Positions 9,413 through 19,244 of a stretch of DNA of 42,349 bases are shown here, piece by piece. The DNA comes from Bacillota bacterium. GTDB taxonomy: Bacteria; Bacillota; Clostridia; Peptostreptococcales; Anaerovoracaceae. Numbering within the stretch: position 1 is the first letter of the stretch; each line of letters opens with the position of its first letter. The translations under genes were made by a program, and so were the position numbers. The stretch is from assembly GCA_017515705.1 (NCBI GenBank), contig JAFWFI010000031.1, positions 1 to 42,349 of the forward strand, read 5' to 3'. Below the pieces are notes generated by a model. It searched no databases. It was given only the letters and a program-made list of their open reading frames with translations, and was not told the DNA's origin.

Positions 9413-10798
9413 TCAGCTCCTGTCTTTCAGTAAGTATTCTGTGACTTTTTCCATTCCCAGCGCATGGGAGGCTTTGATCAGCACCACGTCGCCCGGCCGG
9501 ATGAGTTCCTCCAGGCTGCCGATCAGGTCGTCCCGGGACTCGAAGTGCCGTACGTTTTCCGTCCCGATCTTCCGGGCTGCGCTGTCTGCGATGAAAGCAG
9601 CGTCGGTTCCGGTGGTCAGCACCAGGTCCACGCCCCTTTCACCGGCGTATTCACCCACCTGACGGTGGTATTTCTCCGTTTCCGGTCCCATTCCCAGCAT
9701 ATCCGCCAGGATCACGACCTTCCGGCTGCCCTCCGCCCTCATCAGGACGTCGATCCCGGCCTGCATGGAGTCCGGGCTGGCATTGTAGGAATCGTCGATC
9801 ACCTTCACGCCTGCCGGAGAGATGGTGATGACCAGCCTCTGGTCGGTGTGTTCGCATCTTGCAATGGTCTGTGCGATCTGTTCCGGGGAAACCCCCAGTT
9901 CGCAGGCCGCCGCCACTGCCAGGGCACCGTTGTATCCGTTGTGGATGCCCGGAATGGGAATGTCAAACGCGTGGTCTTTTCCCCCGATTCCAAGGGTCAG
10001 GGTAACGCCTTCCTCTCCCCGGTCCAGGATGTCCCGGATCCGATAGTCGCTGCCGGGGGATTTTCCCACCTTCACGACCCTGTATTCTTTCTCCTCCCAA
10101 TCAACCTGTGAAAGGAGGTCGTTGTCAATGTTCACCACCAGGATGGAATCCCCGTTGAAATAATTCGTGATTTCCATCTTGGCCTTCAGTATGTTTTCCC
10201 GGCTGCCCAGGTCCGAGATGTGGGAAACGCCGATGTTGGTCAGGATGGCCAGCTGCGGGCGGGCGATGTCCGCCAGCAGGTCCACTTCGCCGAAGTTCCC
10301 CATGCCCATCTCAAAGATGGCCGCCCGGTGCTCTTCCTCCACAGTCAGGGCCGTTAAGGGCATCCCGATGTGGTTGTTGAAGTTCAGTATATTTCTTGCA
10401 GTGGGATACACCCCGCAGAGGCACCAGTACAGGAGCTCCTTGGTGGTCGTCTTCCCGGTGCTGCCGGTAATCCCGACTTTCCGTAAATCCGGAAACAACG
10501 TCAGGTAATTTTTCGCCAGTGCCTGAAGGGCTTTCAGGGTATCCGCTACCCGGATCACCGCGGTGTCTTCCGGCAGGGAGACGTCTTTGGAGACCACTGC
10601 CACCCGGCATCCGGCTTCCAACGCTTTTCCCAGGTAGGAATGTCCGTCGGATTTTTCACCCTGCAGGGCGAAGAACGCCTGGTCTGCCGTAATGGTCCTG
10701 GTGTCGGTGGAGACGCCCGTAACGACGCGGTCCGGGTCTCCCTGTATCAGCGTGCCGTCCATCATCGGCGCCAGCTGCTGTGCTGTGAGCGCTTTCAT
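9413..10798 (-). CDS. murF: UDP-N-acetylmuramoyl-tripeptide--D-alanyl-D-alanine ligase
   Basis: Mur ligase P-loop GITGSTGKTTTKE, position between murE and mraY. Confidence 0.93.
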   Translation of the reverse strand: MKALTAQQLAPMMDGTLIQGDPDRVVTGVSTDTRTITADQAFFALQGEKSDGHSYLGKALEAGCRVAVVSKDVSLPEDTAVIRVADTLKALQALAKNYLTLFPDLRKVGITGSTGKTTTKELLYWCLCGVYPTARNILNFNNHIGMPLTALTVEEEHRAAIFEMGMGNFGEVDLLADIARPQLAILTNIGVSHISDLGSRENILKAKMEITNYFNGDSILVVNIDNDLLSQVDWEEKEYRVVKVGKSPGSDYRIRDILDRGEEGVTLTLGIGGKDHAFDIPIPGIHNGYNGALAVAAACELGVSPEQIAQTIARCEHTDQRLVITISPAGVKVIDDSYNASPDSMQAGIDVLMRAEGSRKVVILADMLGMGPETEKYHRQVGEYAGERGVDLVLTTGTDAAFIADSAARKIGTENVRHFESRDDLIGSLEELIRPGDVVLIKASHALGMEKVTEYLLKDRS

Positions 10799-10813
10799 CC
10801 TGTTTCCTCCCGG

Positions 10814-12277
10814 CTATTTTTCCTGCAGTACTTCCGCAAGGACTTCTTTGTCGTCAAAATGATGTTTTGTGGTGCCGATGATCTGGTAATCCTCGTGCCC
10901 CTTCCCGGCCACCAGGATCACGTCGCCTTCCTGATAGATCTCCACGGCCCGGCGAATGGCTTCCCGCCGGTCCTCAATCACCTCGTAGATACAGCCCGTC
11001 GGCTCGATTCCGGGGATGATATCCTGCAGAATGGCCTTCGGATCCTCCGTCCGGGGGTTGTCGCTGGTGACGATGCAGATCTCGCTGCGTTCGCCGGCGG
11101 CCTGCCCCATCAGAGGACGTTTTTTGCTGTCGCGGTCGCCGCCGCATCCGAAGACGCAGATCAGCCGGCCTTTCTTGAATTCATTGGCGGTATCCAGCAC
11201 CTTCACCAGGGCATCCGGGGTGTGGGCATAGTCCACGATAGCCACGACGCCCTTGTCGTTCTTCACCAGTTCGAACCGCCCCGGCACGCCGGAGATGGCA
11301 TCCAGCCCCGCCGCAACGGTTTCGGGTGCGATGCCGCTGGTCACAGCCGCCGCAAAGGCTCCCAGGGCATTGTACACGGAGAACTGTCCCGGAATGTGGA
11401 TCCGGAACTTCGCCTGCTCCTTGCCTTTCCGGAAGATGCAGATATCGGAGAAAGTGTCCGCCGTCTGCAGGACCTTCGCATAGAAATCCGCCGATTCGTC
11501 TTTGGCGGAGCAGGAGAACACCTTGATCCGGTCCTCCTTCAGTTCCCGGAACATCCGGGCACCGTATTCGTCGTCGATGTTGATGAAGCTGCCGCCCCAT
11601 ACCTGGTAGAACAGCTTCTTCTTCGCCTGGTAATAGTCTTCAAAATCCTTGTGGAAGTCCAGGTGGTCTTCCGTCAGATTGGTAAAGATCGCATAGCCGA
11701 ACTCGATGTTGGCAACCCGGTCCATGGAGAGCGCATGGGAAGAGACTTCCATAGCGCAGGCCTTGTTGCCCCCGTCCACCATTTCCCGGAACATACGGAA
11801 GGTCTCATAGGATTCCGGCGTAGTGTTGCTGGCGTCCAGGATCTTGTTCCCGGCCTTGTAGGAAATGGTTCCGATGATCCCGCAGGATTTCCCGGCCTTT
11901 TCCAGGATGCTTTCCAGCATGTAGGTGGTAGTGGTCTTCCCGTTGGTCCCCGTCACGGCAAAAAGTTCCAGCTTCTTTTCCGGATGACCGAAGAAAGTGG
12001 CCGACACCTTCCCCAGCGCCACACGGGTGCTTTCGCAGATCACCAGCGGCAGGATGCCTTCTTCGTAGTTCTCCCCCGCCTGAACCAGGGCGCAGGCGGC
12101 GCCGTTCTCCGCAGCGCTGCGGATGTATTGATGACCGTCCGACGCAAAGCCCTTGATGCAGACGAAGATGTCCCCGTCTTTCACCCGCCTTGAGTCGTAG
12201 GCGATCCCTTTGATATCCAGATTTTCATCCACGTTGGTTTCCACGTGAAGTCCCTTCAGCAAATCTTTAATGATCAA
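10814..12277 (-). CDS. murE: UDP-N-acetylmuramoyl-L-alanyl-D-glutamate--2,6-diaminopimelate ligase
   Basis: P-loop VTGTNGKTTTT. The DNPR motif (TSDNPRTEDP) is the known determinant of meso-DAP specificity. Confidence 0.93.
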   Translation of the reverse strand: MIIKDLLKGLHVETNVDENLDIKGIAYDSRRVKDGDIFVCIKGFASDGHQYIRSAAENGAACALVQAGENYEEGILPLVICESTRVALGKVSATFFGHPEKKLELFAVTGTNGKTTTTYMLESILEKAGKSCGIIGTISYKAGNKILDASNTTPESYETFRMFREMVDGGNKACAMEVSSHALSMDRVANIEFGYAIFTNLTEDHLDFHKDFEDYYQAKKKLFYQVWGGSFINIDDEYGARMFRELKEDRIKVFSCSAKDESADFYAKVLQTADTFSDICIFRKGKEQAKFRIHIPGQFSVYNALGAFAAAVTSGIAPETVAAGLDAISGVPGRFELVKNDKGVVAIVDYAHTPDALVKVLDTANEFKKGRLICVFGCGGDRDSKKRPLMGQAAGERSEICIVTSDNPRTEDPKAILQDIIPGIEPTGCIYEVIEDRREAIRRAVEIYQEGDVILVAGKGHEDYQIIGTTKHHFDDKEVLAEVLQEK

Positions 12278-12310
12278 ATCGTCACCTCCCAGTGTATTGC
12301 ATAAACTGTT

Positions 12311-14299
12311 TTATTCTGTGTAGATATATACATAGGAACCGCTCTTCGCTTTGTCCCCTGCTTTCGGATACTGGTCCACCACCTCCAGGGAGGTGTCGGA
12401 GTTGTTGTTCGGCGTTACCACCGGTTTCAGGCCCTGGGCCTCCAGCAGATTCTTCGCTTCCGCCACGGTGTGGCCGATGCAGTCGGTCACGGATACCGAG
12501 CTGGTCTCGATCGCCTGTTTTTCCGCATCGGTGTAATCGGGTTCCACCTGCAGGTACGTCAGCGCATCTTCCAGGTAATCCCGGACATAGGGCACGACCA
12601 CGGTGCCGGCGCTGTGGGCGCCCTTCGGGTTGTCCGCAATGATCAGGGTAATGATCTGGGGATCATCCGAAGGAGCAATGGCCACGAAGGATGCGAAAAC
12701 CTTGCCGGCCGCATAATGGCCTTCGACTACCGCATCCGCCGTACCGGTCTTGCCGCCGATCTTGTACCCGGGGATATATCCGTTTTTCCCGGTGCCGTAG
12801 TCCACCACGCTCTGCATGATCTTGCACATTTCCTTCGATGTTTCCTCGGAGAAGATCTTCCGGACGGGCGTGGTGTCGTTCCTGTAAATGACCTGTCCGT
12901 CGTCATCCCGGACCTCCGCGACCACATGGGGCCGCACCAGGTCGCCGCCGTTGGCGATGGAAGCCACCGCCGTGATCAGCTGGATCGGCGTCACGGCAAT
13001 ACCCTGGCCATACGTCATGGTCGCCAGTTCGCCGGGCACCATCTTGTCCGGATTGTACATGATGGAGGATGTCTCACTGGGCAGGTCGATGCCGGTAAGG
13101 CCCGAGAAGCCCATGGTATCCAGGTATTCAAAATATTTCTGTGCCCCGATCCGCAGACCCAGGGTGATGGCCACGATGTTGCAGGAATTCTCCAGCGCCT
13201 GCGTCAGGGTCTCCGCGCCGTGATACCGGCAGGTAAAGGTGTCGGTATATAACTGGTATGCGCCGTTGCAGAAAAAGCTTTCGTCCGTACTGGTCAGTCC
13301 TTCTTCCAGCGCAATGGCGGTGGTAATCAGCTTGAAAGTGGAACCGGGCTCGTAGGTGTCGCTGACGAGGAAGTTCCGCCACATCTTATTCCAGTACTGG
13401 ACCCGATCCTCGTCGGTTTCCAGTTCCTCGTAAGCCTCGATCTCCTTCTCATCCACCGGCTGCCGGGGGTCGTTCAGGTCGTAGCTGGGGTAATAGCCCA
13501 TGGCCAGGATCTCCCCGGTCTTGACATCCATGCAGATGCCCATGGCCGCATTGGCGGAGGTTCCCTTGTAAGCGTCTTCCAGGGTGGTGTCCAGGTAATG
13601 CTGCAGCACCTCGTCGATGGTCAGCACCAGGTTCAGGCCGTTTTCCGACTCGTAATACCGCTCTGTGCCGTTATACAGCGGGCGGCCGGAGGAGTCGGTG
13701 TTTCGAATGACCCGTCCGGGCATTCCGCTGAGGTAGGTGTTGTAAGCCAGTTCCAGCCCCGCGACGCCGTTGCCGTCGTCGTTGATGTGACCGATGACGC
13801 AGGAGGCAAAGTCCCCGTAGGGATAGTAGCGCCGGGTGCTTTCATCGATGGATATTCCGGGCAGCCGCCCGTCTTTGATGTATTTTCGGATCTTGTCCGC
13901 CTGGTCGGAATCCAGGTTCCTGGCCACCCGCACCAGGGAAGATTCTTTCTGCAGGGATTTGGCGATCTGCACCGGATCCCCGTTGATGGCCGATGCGATC
14001 AGGTTCGCCATCTTCCCCGGCCGGCCTTCCTTGTCCTTCAGTTCGGACGGGCGCACCCATACCGTATAGGTGGGCGCATTGACGGCCAGTTCCTTCATGT
14101 TCCGATCGTAAATGTATCCCCGGTTCGCGGCCAGCTGGGTATCTTTCGTCTGCTGGGCCACGGCCCGGTTGGAGTATTCCTCTCCGTCCACCAGCATGAT
14201 CCAGCCCAGGCGAACGCCCAGCGCCAGCAGCACGCAGCACCAGATGGCAAAGAGGATGATCACTCTTCTTTTGTAATTGGATTTTACTGGGTCTGTCAT
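12311..14299 (-). CDS. ftsI: class B penicillin-binding protein (FtsI/SpoVD-type transpeptidase) with C-terminal PASTA domain
   Basis: STFK, SCN (SxN) and KTGT active-site motifs, an N-terminal TM anchor, and a PASTA-like C-terminus. ATG at 14299 is preferred over the upstream TTG because GAGGGAG lies 6 nt upstream. Confidence 0.9.
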   Translation of the reverse strand: MTDPVKSNYKRRVIILFAIWCCVLLALGVRLGWIMLVDGEEYSNRAVAQQTKDTQLAANRGYIYDRNMKELAVNAPTYTVWVRPSELKDKEGRPGKMANLIASAINGDPVQIAKSLQKESSLVRVARNLDSDQADKIRKYIKDGRLPGISIDESTRRYYPYGDFASCVIGHINDDGNGVAGLELAYNTYLSGMPGRVIRNTDSSGRPLYNGTERYYESENGLNLVLTIDEVLQHYLDTTLEDAYKGTSANAAMGICMDVKTGEILAMGYYPSYDLNDPRQPVDEKEIEAYEELETDEDRVQYWNKMWRNFLVSDTYEPGSTFKLITTAIALEEGLTSTDESFFCNGAYQLYTDTFTCRYHGAETLTQALENSCNIVAITLGLRIGAQKYFEYLDTMGFSGLTGIDLPSETSSIMYNPDKMVPGELATMTYGQGIAVTPIQLITAVASIANGGDLVRPHVVAEVRDDDGQVIYRNDTTPVRKIFSEETSKEMCKIMQSVVDYGTGKNGYIPGYKIGGKTGTADAVVEGHYAAGKVFASFVAIAPSDDPQIITLIIADNPKGAHSAGTVVVPYVRDYLEDALTYLQVEPDYTDAEKQAIETSSVSVTDCIGHTVAEAKNLLEAQGLKPVVTPNNNSDTSLEVVDQYPKAGDKAKSGSYVYIYTE

Positions 14300-14428
14300 C
14301 TCTGTCTCCCTCAACAAAAAAACCCGGCCGGTTAATCAAGATAAGTGATCTTTAGTACCATCAAATCCATTAACCTATCCGGATTTTCCTTTATATGAAA
14401 AGCATGTTCGATTGTCGCACCGAAAAGC

Positions 14429-14833
14429 TCAGTCATCTTTCTTGGCAGTCTGGACGTCGCTCTTGGAGGTGCGGTCCAGATAAACGTACTGGGAAGCGTT
14501 TGGATATTCCATTCCCAGTTCCTCCATGGCTTTTTTTTCGATGATCTCCGGCGAGGAGTTGGCAGCGATCTCCACATTGAGGTTATCGATCTCGTTCTGG
14601 ATCTTGGCGATATTCGCTTCCGTCTCGTTGATCCGGTAGTTGATCTGGCTGCCGTAAGCCAGAAAAGCCAGCCCCACCACCAGGACGATTCCCGCCAGGA
14701 AGAGGGACCTGAACATGATTCTGCGATTGCGGTTCCGGATACGCCGGCGGGCCCGGTTTCTTCTCGCCTCGACCCGATCCGCTTCCAGCGCCCTGCCGAG
14801 CCTTGTTCCATCCGAAGGCCTTCTGTTTTCCAT
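14429..14833 (-). CDS. ftsL: cell division protein FtsL-like (septum formation initiator)
   Basis: Arg-rich N-terminus, one TM (LFLAGIVLVVGLAFLAY) and a coiled-coil (INETEANIAKIQNEIDNLNVEI). RBS is GGAGGAG. Position between rsmH and the PBP. Confidence 0.75.
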   Translation of the reverse strand: MENRRPSDGTRLGRALEADRVEARRNRARRRIRNRNRRIMFRSLFLAGIVLVVGLAFLAYGSQINYRINETEANIAKIQNEIDNLNVEIAANSSPEIIEKKAMEELGMEYPNASQYVYLDRTSKSDVQTAKKDD

Positions 14834-14854
14834 CGTTTACTCCTCCGAGAAAGC

Positions 14855-15790
14855 TTACAGCTTTTCCGCGATCCTGAGTTTCGCACTTCTTGCCCGGGGA
14901 TTGCTCTCCAGTTCCTCCCCGTCTGCCGTCACCGGCTTGGTGGTGATCCGCCGGATCCGGGGCGTTTTCCCGCAGGCGCATACCGGGAGTCCCGGCGGGC
15001 AGGTGCAGGGATTGGCCTCCCGGGCGAAGGTCTCTTTCACGATCCGGTCTTCCAGCGAGTGGAAGGTGATGATGGAGAGACGTCCCCCCGGCAGCAGCAC
15101 GTCGATGAAATCCGATGCTGCCTTCCGAAGCTGATCCAGTTCGTCATTGACCTCGATCCGTATGGCCTGAAAAGTGCGTTTGGCAGGATGCGGGCCGTCT
15201 CTTCTTGCGGCAGACGGCACTGCAGCCTTTATAATGTCGACGAGCTCACCGGTAGTGGTAATTCTCTGTCTGGTACGTTCGCGGACAATAAACTCCGCGA
15301 TCCGGGCCGCCCATCGTTCTTCTCCGTATTCCTTGATGATACGCCGGAGGTCCTCCCTGGAATAGTCATTCACCACATCCTCCGCCGTGAACCCGGCATT
15401 CTGGTCCATCCGCATATCCAGCGGGGCGTCCTGCATGTAGGAAAAACCCCGTTCCGGGTTGTCCAGCTGGAAAGAGGAAACCCCCAGGTCCAGCATGGCG
15501 CCGTGGATACCGGCGATGTCCAGATCCGCCAGAATCTGTTTGATGTCCGAATAGTTGCTCTGCACGAAGATCTTCCTGCAGGGGAAGTCCTTCAGGACCT
15601 GCTCCGCCGCCGCCAGGGCATCCCGGTCACGGTCGATGCCGATCAGGGTGCCTTCCGGCGCCAGTTTCCCGCACAGAAACGACGCATGTCCGCCTCCGCC
15701 CAGGGTCCCGTCCACATAGATTCCATCCGGTCTGACATTCAGCCCCTCCACCGTGGGGTGAAGAAGCACGGAAGTATGTTTAAATTCCAT
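14855..15790 (-). CDS. rsmH: 16S rRNA (cytosine1402-N4)-methyltransferase
   Basis: [12 protein letters not shown]-binding motif, 311 aa, first gene of the dcw block. Confidence 0.95.
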   Translation of the reverse strand: MEFKHTSVLLHPTVEGLNVRPDGIYVDGTLGGGGHASFLCGKLAPEGTLIGIDRDRDALAAAEQVLKDFPCRKIFVQSNYSDIKQILADLDIAGIHGAMLDLGVSSFQLDNPERGFSYMQDAPLDMRMDQNAGFTAEDVVNDYSREDLRRIIKEYGEERWAARIAEFIVRERTRQRITTTGELVDIIKAAVPSAARRDGPHPAKRTFQAIRIEVNDELDQLRKAASDFIDVLLPGGRLSIITFHSLEDRIVKETFAREANPCTCPPGLPVCACGKTPRIRRITTKPVTADGEELESNPRARSAKLRIAEKL

Positions 15791-15820
15791 TCCAAATACT
15801 CCGACTTATACACATTAATA

Positions 15821-16582
15821 TTACACCAAATCATCCGACTTTTCAACGTTTTTTCCACCGGATTTTCGATTTTTTACACAATAAATCACCAAACAACCCA
15901 CAATCGCGGCCAGACTCACGAGCTGAGCCGTTTTAAAGCCCGCTATCGTCAAGCTATCCGTCCGGAGGCTCTCCACGAAGAAGCGCTCCACCGAATACAA
16001 GATGCCGTAGAGGCAGAAAATCTGACCACTAAATCTTCTGTTTTTTGAGAAAACGATCAGGAAGATAAAGAGGGCAAAACACCAGATGGATTCGTACAGA
16101 AAGGTGGGATGCACCATCTGCCCGTCCACCTGAATGGCCCAGGGAAGGTCCGTCGGACCCCCGTGAGCTTCCCCATTTATGTAGTTTCCCCACCGTCCGA
16201 TGGCCTGTCCCAGGGCAATAGAAGGCACGGCAAGGTCTAAAAAATCCCAAAAATTGATTTTCCACACTTTACAGAGGATAATCGCCGTCGTCACTCCGAA
16301 GATCAGGCCGCCGTGAATGGCCAGGCCGCCCTGGGTCACGTCGATGATTTTGTGGAAATCCCCCCGGTAGTACTGCCAGTTGAACAGTACATACCATACC
16401 CTGGCGCCCACCACGCCCACGGGCAGGCTGACCAGGCACAGGTCGATGACTTTTTCCGGGATGATATCAAACTTCGGCGCCCTTTTGTAGGCAATAAAGA
16501 TCCCCAGCAGCATCCCGGTGCCGATGAGGATCCCGTACCAGCGTACGTCATGTCCGAACAGGGTAAATGCAACCGGATTCAT
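15821..16582 (-). CDS. lgt: prolipoprotein diacylglyceryl transferase
   Basis: MNPVAF..RWYGILI N-terminus and HGGLIFG motif. ATG at 16582 (GAGG 6 nt upstream) is preferred over GTG at 16594. Confidence 0.9.
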   Translation of the reverse strand: MNPVAFTLFGHDVRWYGILIGTGMLLGIFIAYKRAPKFDIIPEKVIDLCLVSLPVGVVGARVWYVLFNWQYYRGDFHKIIDVTQGGLAIHGGLIFGVTTAIILCKVWKINFWDFLDLAVPSIALGQAIGRWGNYINGEAHGGPTDLPWAIQVDGQMVHPTFLYESIWCFALFIFLIVFSKNRRFSGQIFCLYGILYSVERFFVESLRTDSLTIAGFKTAQLVSLAAIVGCLVIYCVKNRKSGGKNVEKSDDLV

Positions 16583-16590
16583 AAGCAGCC

Positions 16591-17130
16591 TCACTCATCC
16601 AGACAGGTGATATAGGGCAGGTTCCGGTATTTTTCGTCAAAATCCAGACCGTATCCCACGATAAAACGGTTTTCAATCTCAAATCCCACATAGTCCGGCT
16701 TTATATCCGCCTTGCGCCGGGCCGGCTTGTCCAGGAAGGTACAGATGCGGATGGACTTCGGTCCCCGTGCCCACAGGCTTTCGACCAGGTACTGCAGCGT
16801 CAGTCCGGAGTCGATGATGTCCTCTGCGATGAGCACGTTTTTCCCCGCGATCTCCGTATCCAGGTCCTTGTTGATCTTTACCACGCCGCTGCTCTTGGTG
16901 GAAGAGCCATAGCTGGAAACCGCCATGAAATCAATTCGTGCATCCACCGTCAGCCGCCGCAGCAGGTCGCTGGCGAAAATAGCGCCGCCTTTTAAAATCG
17001 TAATGCACAGCACAGGCTCGCCGGGATAATCCCGTTCATAATCCGCGGAAATCTCCGCTCCCAGTTCCGCCACCCGGCGTGCGATGGTTTCTTCGTCCAG
17101 CATTACAGTGCCCAGTTTATCTTCGTTCAT
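16591..17130 (-). CDS. hpt: hypoxanthine phosphoribosyltransferase
   Basis: PRPP-binding motif VLIAEDIIDSGLTL, 179 aa. The start overlaps the engB stop (TAATG). Confidence 0.93.
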   Translation of the reverse strand: MNEDKLGTVMLDEETIARRVAELGAEISADYERDYPGEPVLCITILKGGAIFASDLLRRLTVDARIDFMAVSSYGSSTKSSGVVKINKDLDTEIAGKNVLIAEDIIDSGLTLQYLVESLWARGPKSIRICTFLDKPARRKADIKPDYVGFEIENRFIVGYGLDFDEKYRNLPYITCLDE

Positions 17131-17756
17131 TATTCCTCGTCTCCTCCTTCTGCCCGGTTATGCCAGCCTTCCACGATCTGCCCGATCACATCCAGCAGTT
17201 CGCCCGTGCCGGTGCGCTTCAGTGCCGATACCGGGATCAGGATGTCCTCCGGGCCCATGCCCAGCTTGCTGCGGATCGTTTTCTTGTTTTTTGCCCATTC
17301 ATTGTTGGAAATCTTGTCGGCCTTGGTGGCTACCACCAATCCGTCCATCCCGTAAGCCTTCAGCCAGTCGTACATCTGCACATCCAGCGCGGAAGGCTCG
17401 TGCCGGCTGTCCACCAGCTGCACGACAATAGCCAGATTGTCCCGCTGTTTCAGGTAGGTCTCAATCATGTCCCCCCAATCGGCGGAAAGGGTTTTGGACA
17501 CCTTGGCGTAACCGTAACCCGGCAGGTCCACCACCCGGAAGGCGTCATCGTTGATGGTATAGAAGTTGATGGTTCGGGTCTTCCCGGGGCTGCCGCTGAC
17601 CCGGGCCAGGTTCTTCCGCCCCAGCAACAGGTTGATCAGGGACGATTTCCCAACATTGGAACGCCCCGCGAAAGCGATTTCCACCGCATCCGCCGACGGA
17701 TACTGCGCCGGTTTCGCCGCAATGCATAAAAGGTCGGATTTCTTGATCTTCATCAT
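17130..17756 (-). CDS. engB: ribosome biogenesis GTP-binding protein YihA/YsxC (EngB)
   Basis: G1 motif GRSNVGKSSLIN, then DLPGYG and TKADK motifs. Confidence 0.93.
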   Translation of the reverse strand: MMKIKKSDLLCIAAKPAQYPSADAVEIAFAGRSNVGKSSLINLLLGRKNLARVSGSPGKTRTINFYTINDDAFRVVDLPGYGYAKVSKTLSADWGDMIETYLKQRDNLAIVVQLVDSRHEPSALDVQMYDWLKAYGMDGLVVATKADKISNNEWAKNKKTIRSKLGMGPEDILIPVSALKRTGTGELLDVIGQIVEGWHNRAEGGDEE

Positions 17757-17827
17757 ACTTTCAATAATGGATCCTCCCCCGCGGACCCACTCCTTTCGTC
17801 TACCGTTAGTATACCATGCCGGGGCCT

Positions 17828-17857
17828 AAAAATAAAGCCCGGGGAACTGCCCCGGGC
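17828..17857 (-). terminator. intrinsic terminator downstream of the DUF1211 gene
   Basis: Minus strand GCCCGGGG-cagtt-CCCCGGGC followed by TTTATTTTT. Confidence 0.65.
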
Positions 17858-17939
17858 CCTGTTGAAATCTGATAATTCTCTGATATATTCCTGCGTTTTT
17901 CATCCTGCGGCGTCTTCCGCACCGCCTCACGGGATTCTC

Positions 17940-18578
17940 TCAGCATCCGTCTTTTTTCTCCGGTTCCGTCGGCTGCCCCGCTCGCATTTTCCGGAGTTTC
18001 TTCGTGACCTTCGAGTCATAATTGCACATGACCACGATCTCGCCAAAGGACAGAATCAGGATGACCACGAAACTCAGGGCCGGATTGATCAGGGCGCAGA
18101 CCGCCGCCGCTCCGTACCCGATAAAACTCATGATCCGGATTTTCCGGATCACCGGTGCGTCGATGATCGTGCAGTTGTTGAGATTCACGATCATGCGGCT
18201 CTCGATGCTGATGACCAGCTGGACCAGGAAGAGCACCCCGATGTACAGCAGCATGGAGGGCGTATGATCCGGCGATTTTCCCACGATTCCGGTGACAAAA
18301 GGCAGCAGAGTGATGAAGAAGAGCCACACGCAGTTCACCAGGAAGATCCGGTGATTGATCCACTCCGCCGGCGCCACACTGTCGTGGTGTTCGTGCCAGG
18401 CCAGGAAAATCTGCAGAAAGCTGATGATATATGCCAGAAGTACCGGCCACTGCGCCGCAATGGCCGCAACGCTGGCCTTTTCCGGAACCACCAGCTGCAG
18501 CACCATGATAGTGGCCGCGATGGCCACGATCCCGTCGGTGATGGCCAGCAGTCTGTCTTTATTGATCATTGTCGTCAT
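17940..18578 (-). CDS. TMEM175/DUF1211 family putative potassium channel
   Basis: TM1 signature RLLAITDGIVAIAATIMVL resembles the RxxxFSDGxxAIxxTLL motif of the TMEM175 family. About 6 TM segments. Confidence 0.7.
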   Translation of the reverse strand: MTTMINKDRLLAITDGIVAIAATIMVLQLVVPEKASVAAIAAQWPVLLAYIISFLQIFLAWHEHHDSVAPAEWINHRIFLVNCVWLFFITLLPFVTGIVGKSPDHTPSMLLYIGVLFLVQLVISIESRMIVNLNNCTIIDAPVIRKIRIMSFIGYGAAAVCALINPALSFVVILILSFGEIVVMCNYDSKVTKKLRKMRAGQPTEPEKKDGC

Positions 18579-18602
18579 TCCTCTCTTTTATTGAATAAAA
18601 GA

Positions 18603-18631
18603 ATTGTACTTGACGAAGCCGGAAAAGTCAA
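18603..18631 (-). promoter_or_regulatory. candidate sigma-A promoter of the DUF1211 gene
   Basis: Minus strand TTGACT (18626-18631), 17 nt spacer, TACAAT (18603-18608). Confidence 0.5.
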
Positions 18632-18660
18632 GATTGGAGATGGGAGATCAGAGATTGGAG
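18631..18660. repeat. heptad-repeat tract, locus B (AGATTGG AGATGGG AGATCAG AGATTGG AG)
   Basis: Direct reading. It shares the exact 16-mer GGAGATCAGAGATTGG (18643-18658) with locus C (reverse complement at 25335-25350). Confidence 0.85.
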
Positions 18661-18665
18661 CCGGA

Positions 18666-18699
18666 AGAAAAAGCCCCGCCGGCTGGATGCCGGCAGGGC
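18666..18699 (-). terminator. intrinsic terminator of the XRE-membrane protein operon
   Basis: Minus strand GCCCTGCCGGC-atcca-GCCGGCGGGGC followed by TTTTTCTT. Confidence 0.7.
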
Positions 18700-18724
18700 C
18701 TGTCTGTCAACAGAATTATTCTTG

Positions 18725-18770
18725 CCTTCCCCCTGGGGGGAAGGTGCCTGCGAAGCAGGCGGATGAGGGG
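18725..18770. repeat. REP-like double-hairpin element
   Basis: CCTTCCCCC-tg-GGGGGAAGG and GCCTGC-gaa-GCAGGC, then GGATGAGGGG, starting immediately after the stop codon at 18771. Only one copy is present in the window. Confidence 0.5.
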
Positions 18771-19244
18771 TTATTCATCGTCGTCTTCCGGTTCTTCCTC
18801 CAGCTTCCGCTGTTTTTTCTTCAGCAGGGAAGCAATCAAAGTCAGCAGCGCCAGGCACAGCACAAAGGTGGAGATGCCGGCAATCGCTCCCCCGGCAGCC
18901 GCTCCGCCCGGCGCATCCGGAAACCGCTTCCAGAACAGGATTGTGTTAAAAATGAACATGGCGCCGCCCGCTATGAGGGATGCAATCAGGTTCGTTTTGA
19001 GATTGGCTTTCAGCCGGCGGTCCCAGATTCCGCTCCTCAGGCAGCGTACCACAATGTAAACGGACAAAAACATGAACAATGCCCATTCCGGCAGCATGCC
19101 GGCTCCGGCTTCGATCCCGCCCCGGATCAGGTGGATCATCATCACCACCAGCAGACCCCAGTAGGCGATCCAGAATCCGGCGGATTCAATTCTCTGCAGC
19201 TTCTGCTCCTGCATTTCATCCAGGTTGTTCTTCCATTTACTCAT
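18771..19244 (-). CDS. four-TM membrane protein of unknown function, translationally coupled to the upstream XRE regulator
   Basis: 157 aa with four hydrophobic segments and an acidic C-terminus. Its start overlaps the XRE stop by 8 nt (ATGAGTAA). Confidence 0.7.
   Translation of the reverse strand: MSKWKNNLDEMQEQKLQRIESAGFWIAYWGLLVVMMIHLIRGGIEAGAGMLPEWALFMFLSVYIVVRCLRSGIWDRRLKANLKTNLIASLIAGGAMFIFNTILFWKRFPDAPGGAAAGGAIAGISTFVLCLALLTLIASLLKKKQRKLEEEPEDDDE

Noticed and set aside
14332-14886. 184-aa same-strand ORF overlapping ftsL in another frame (W/R/S-rich).
   Set aside because: It has no RBS and an implausible composition. The 14429-14833 frame gives a canonical FtsL architecture (TM plus coiled coil) with a strong GGAGGAG RBS.
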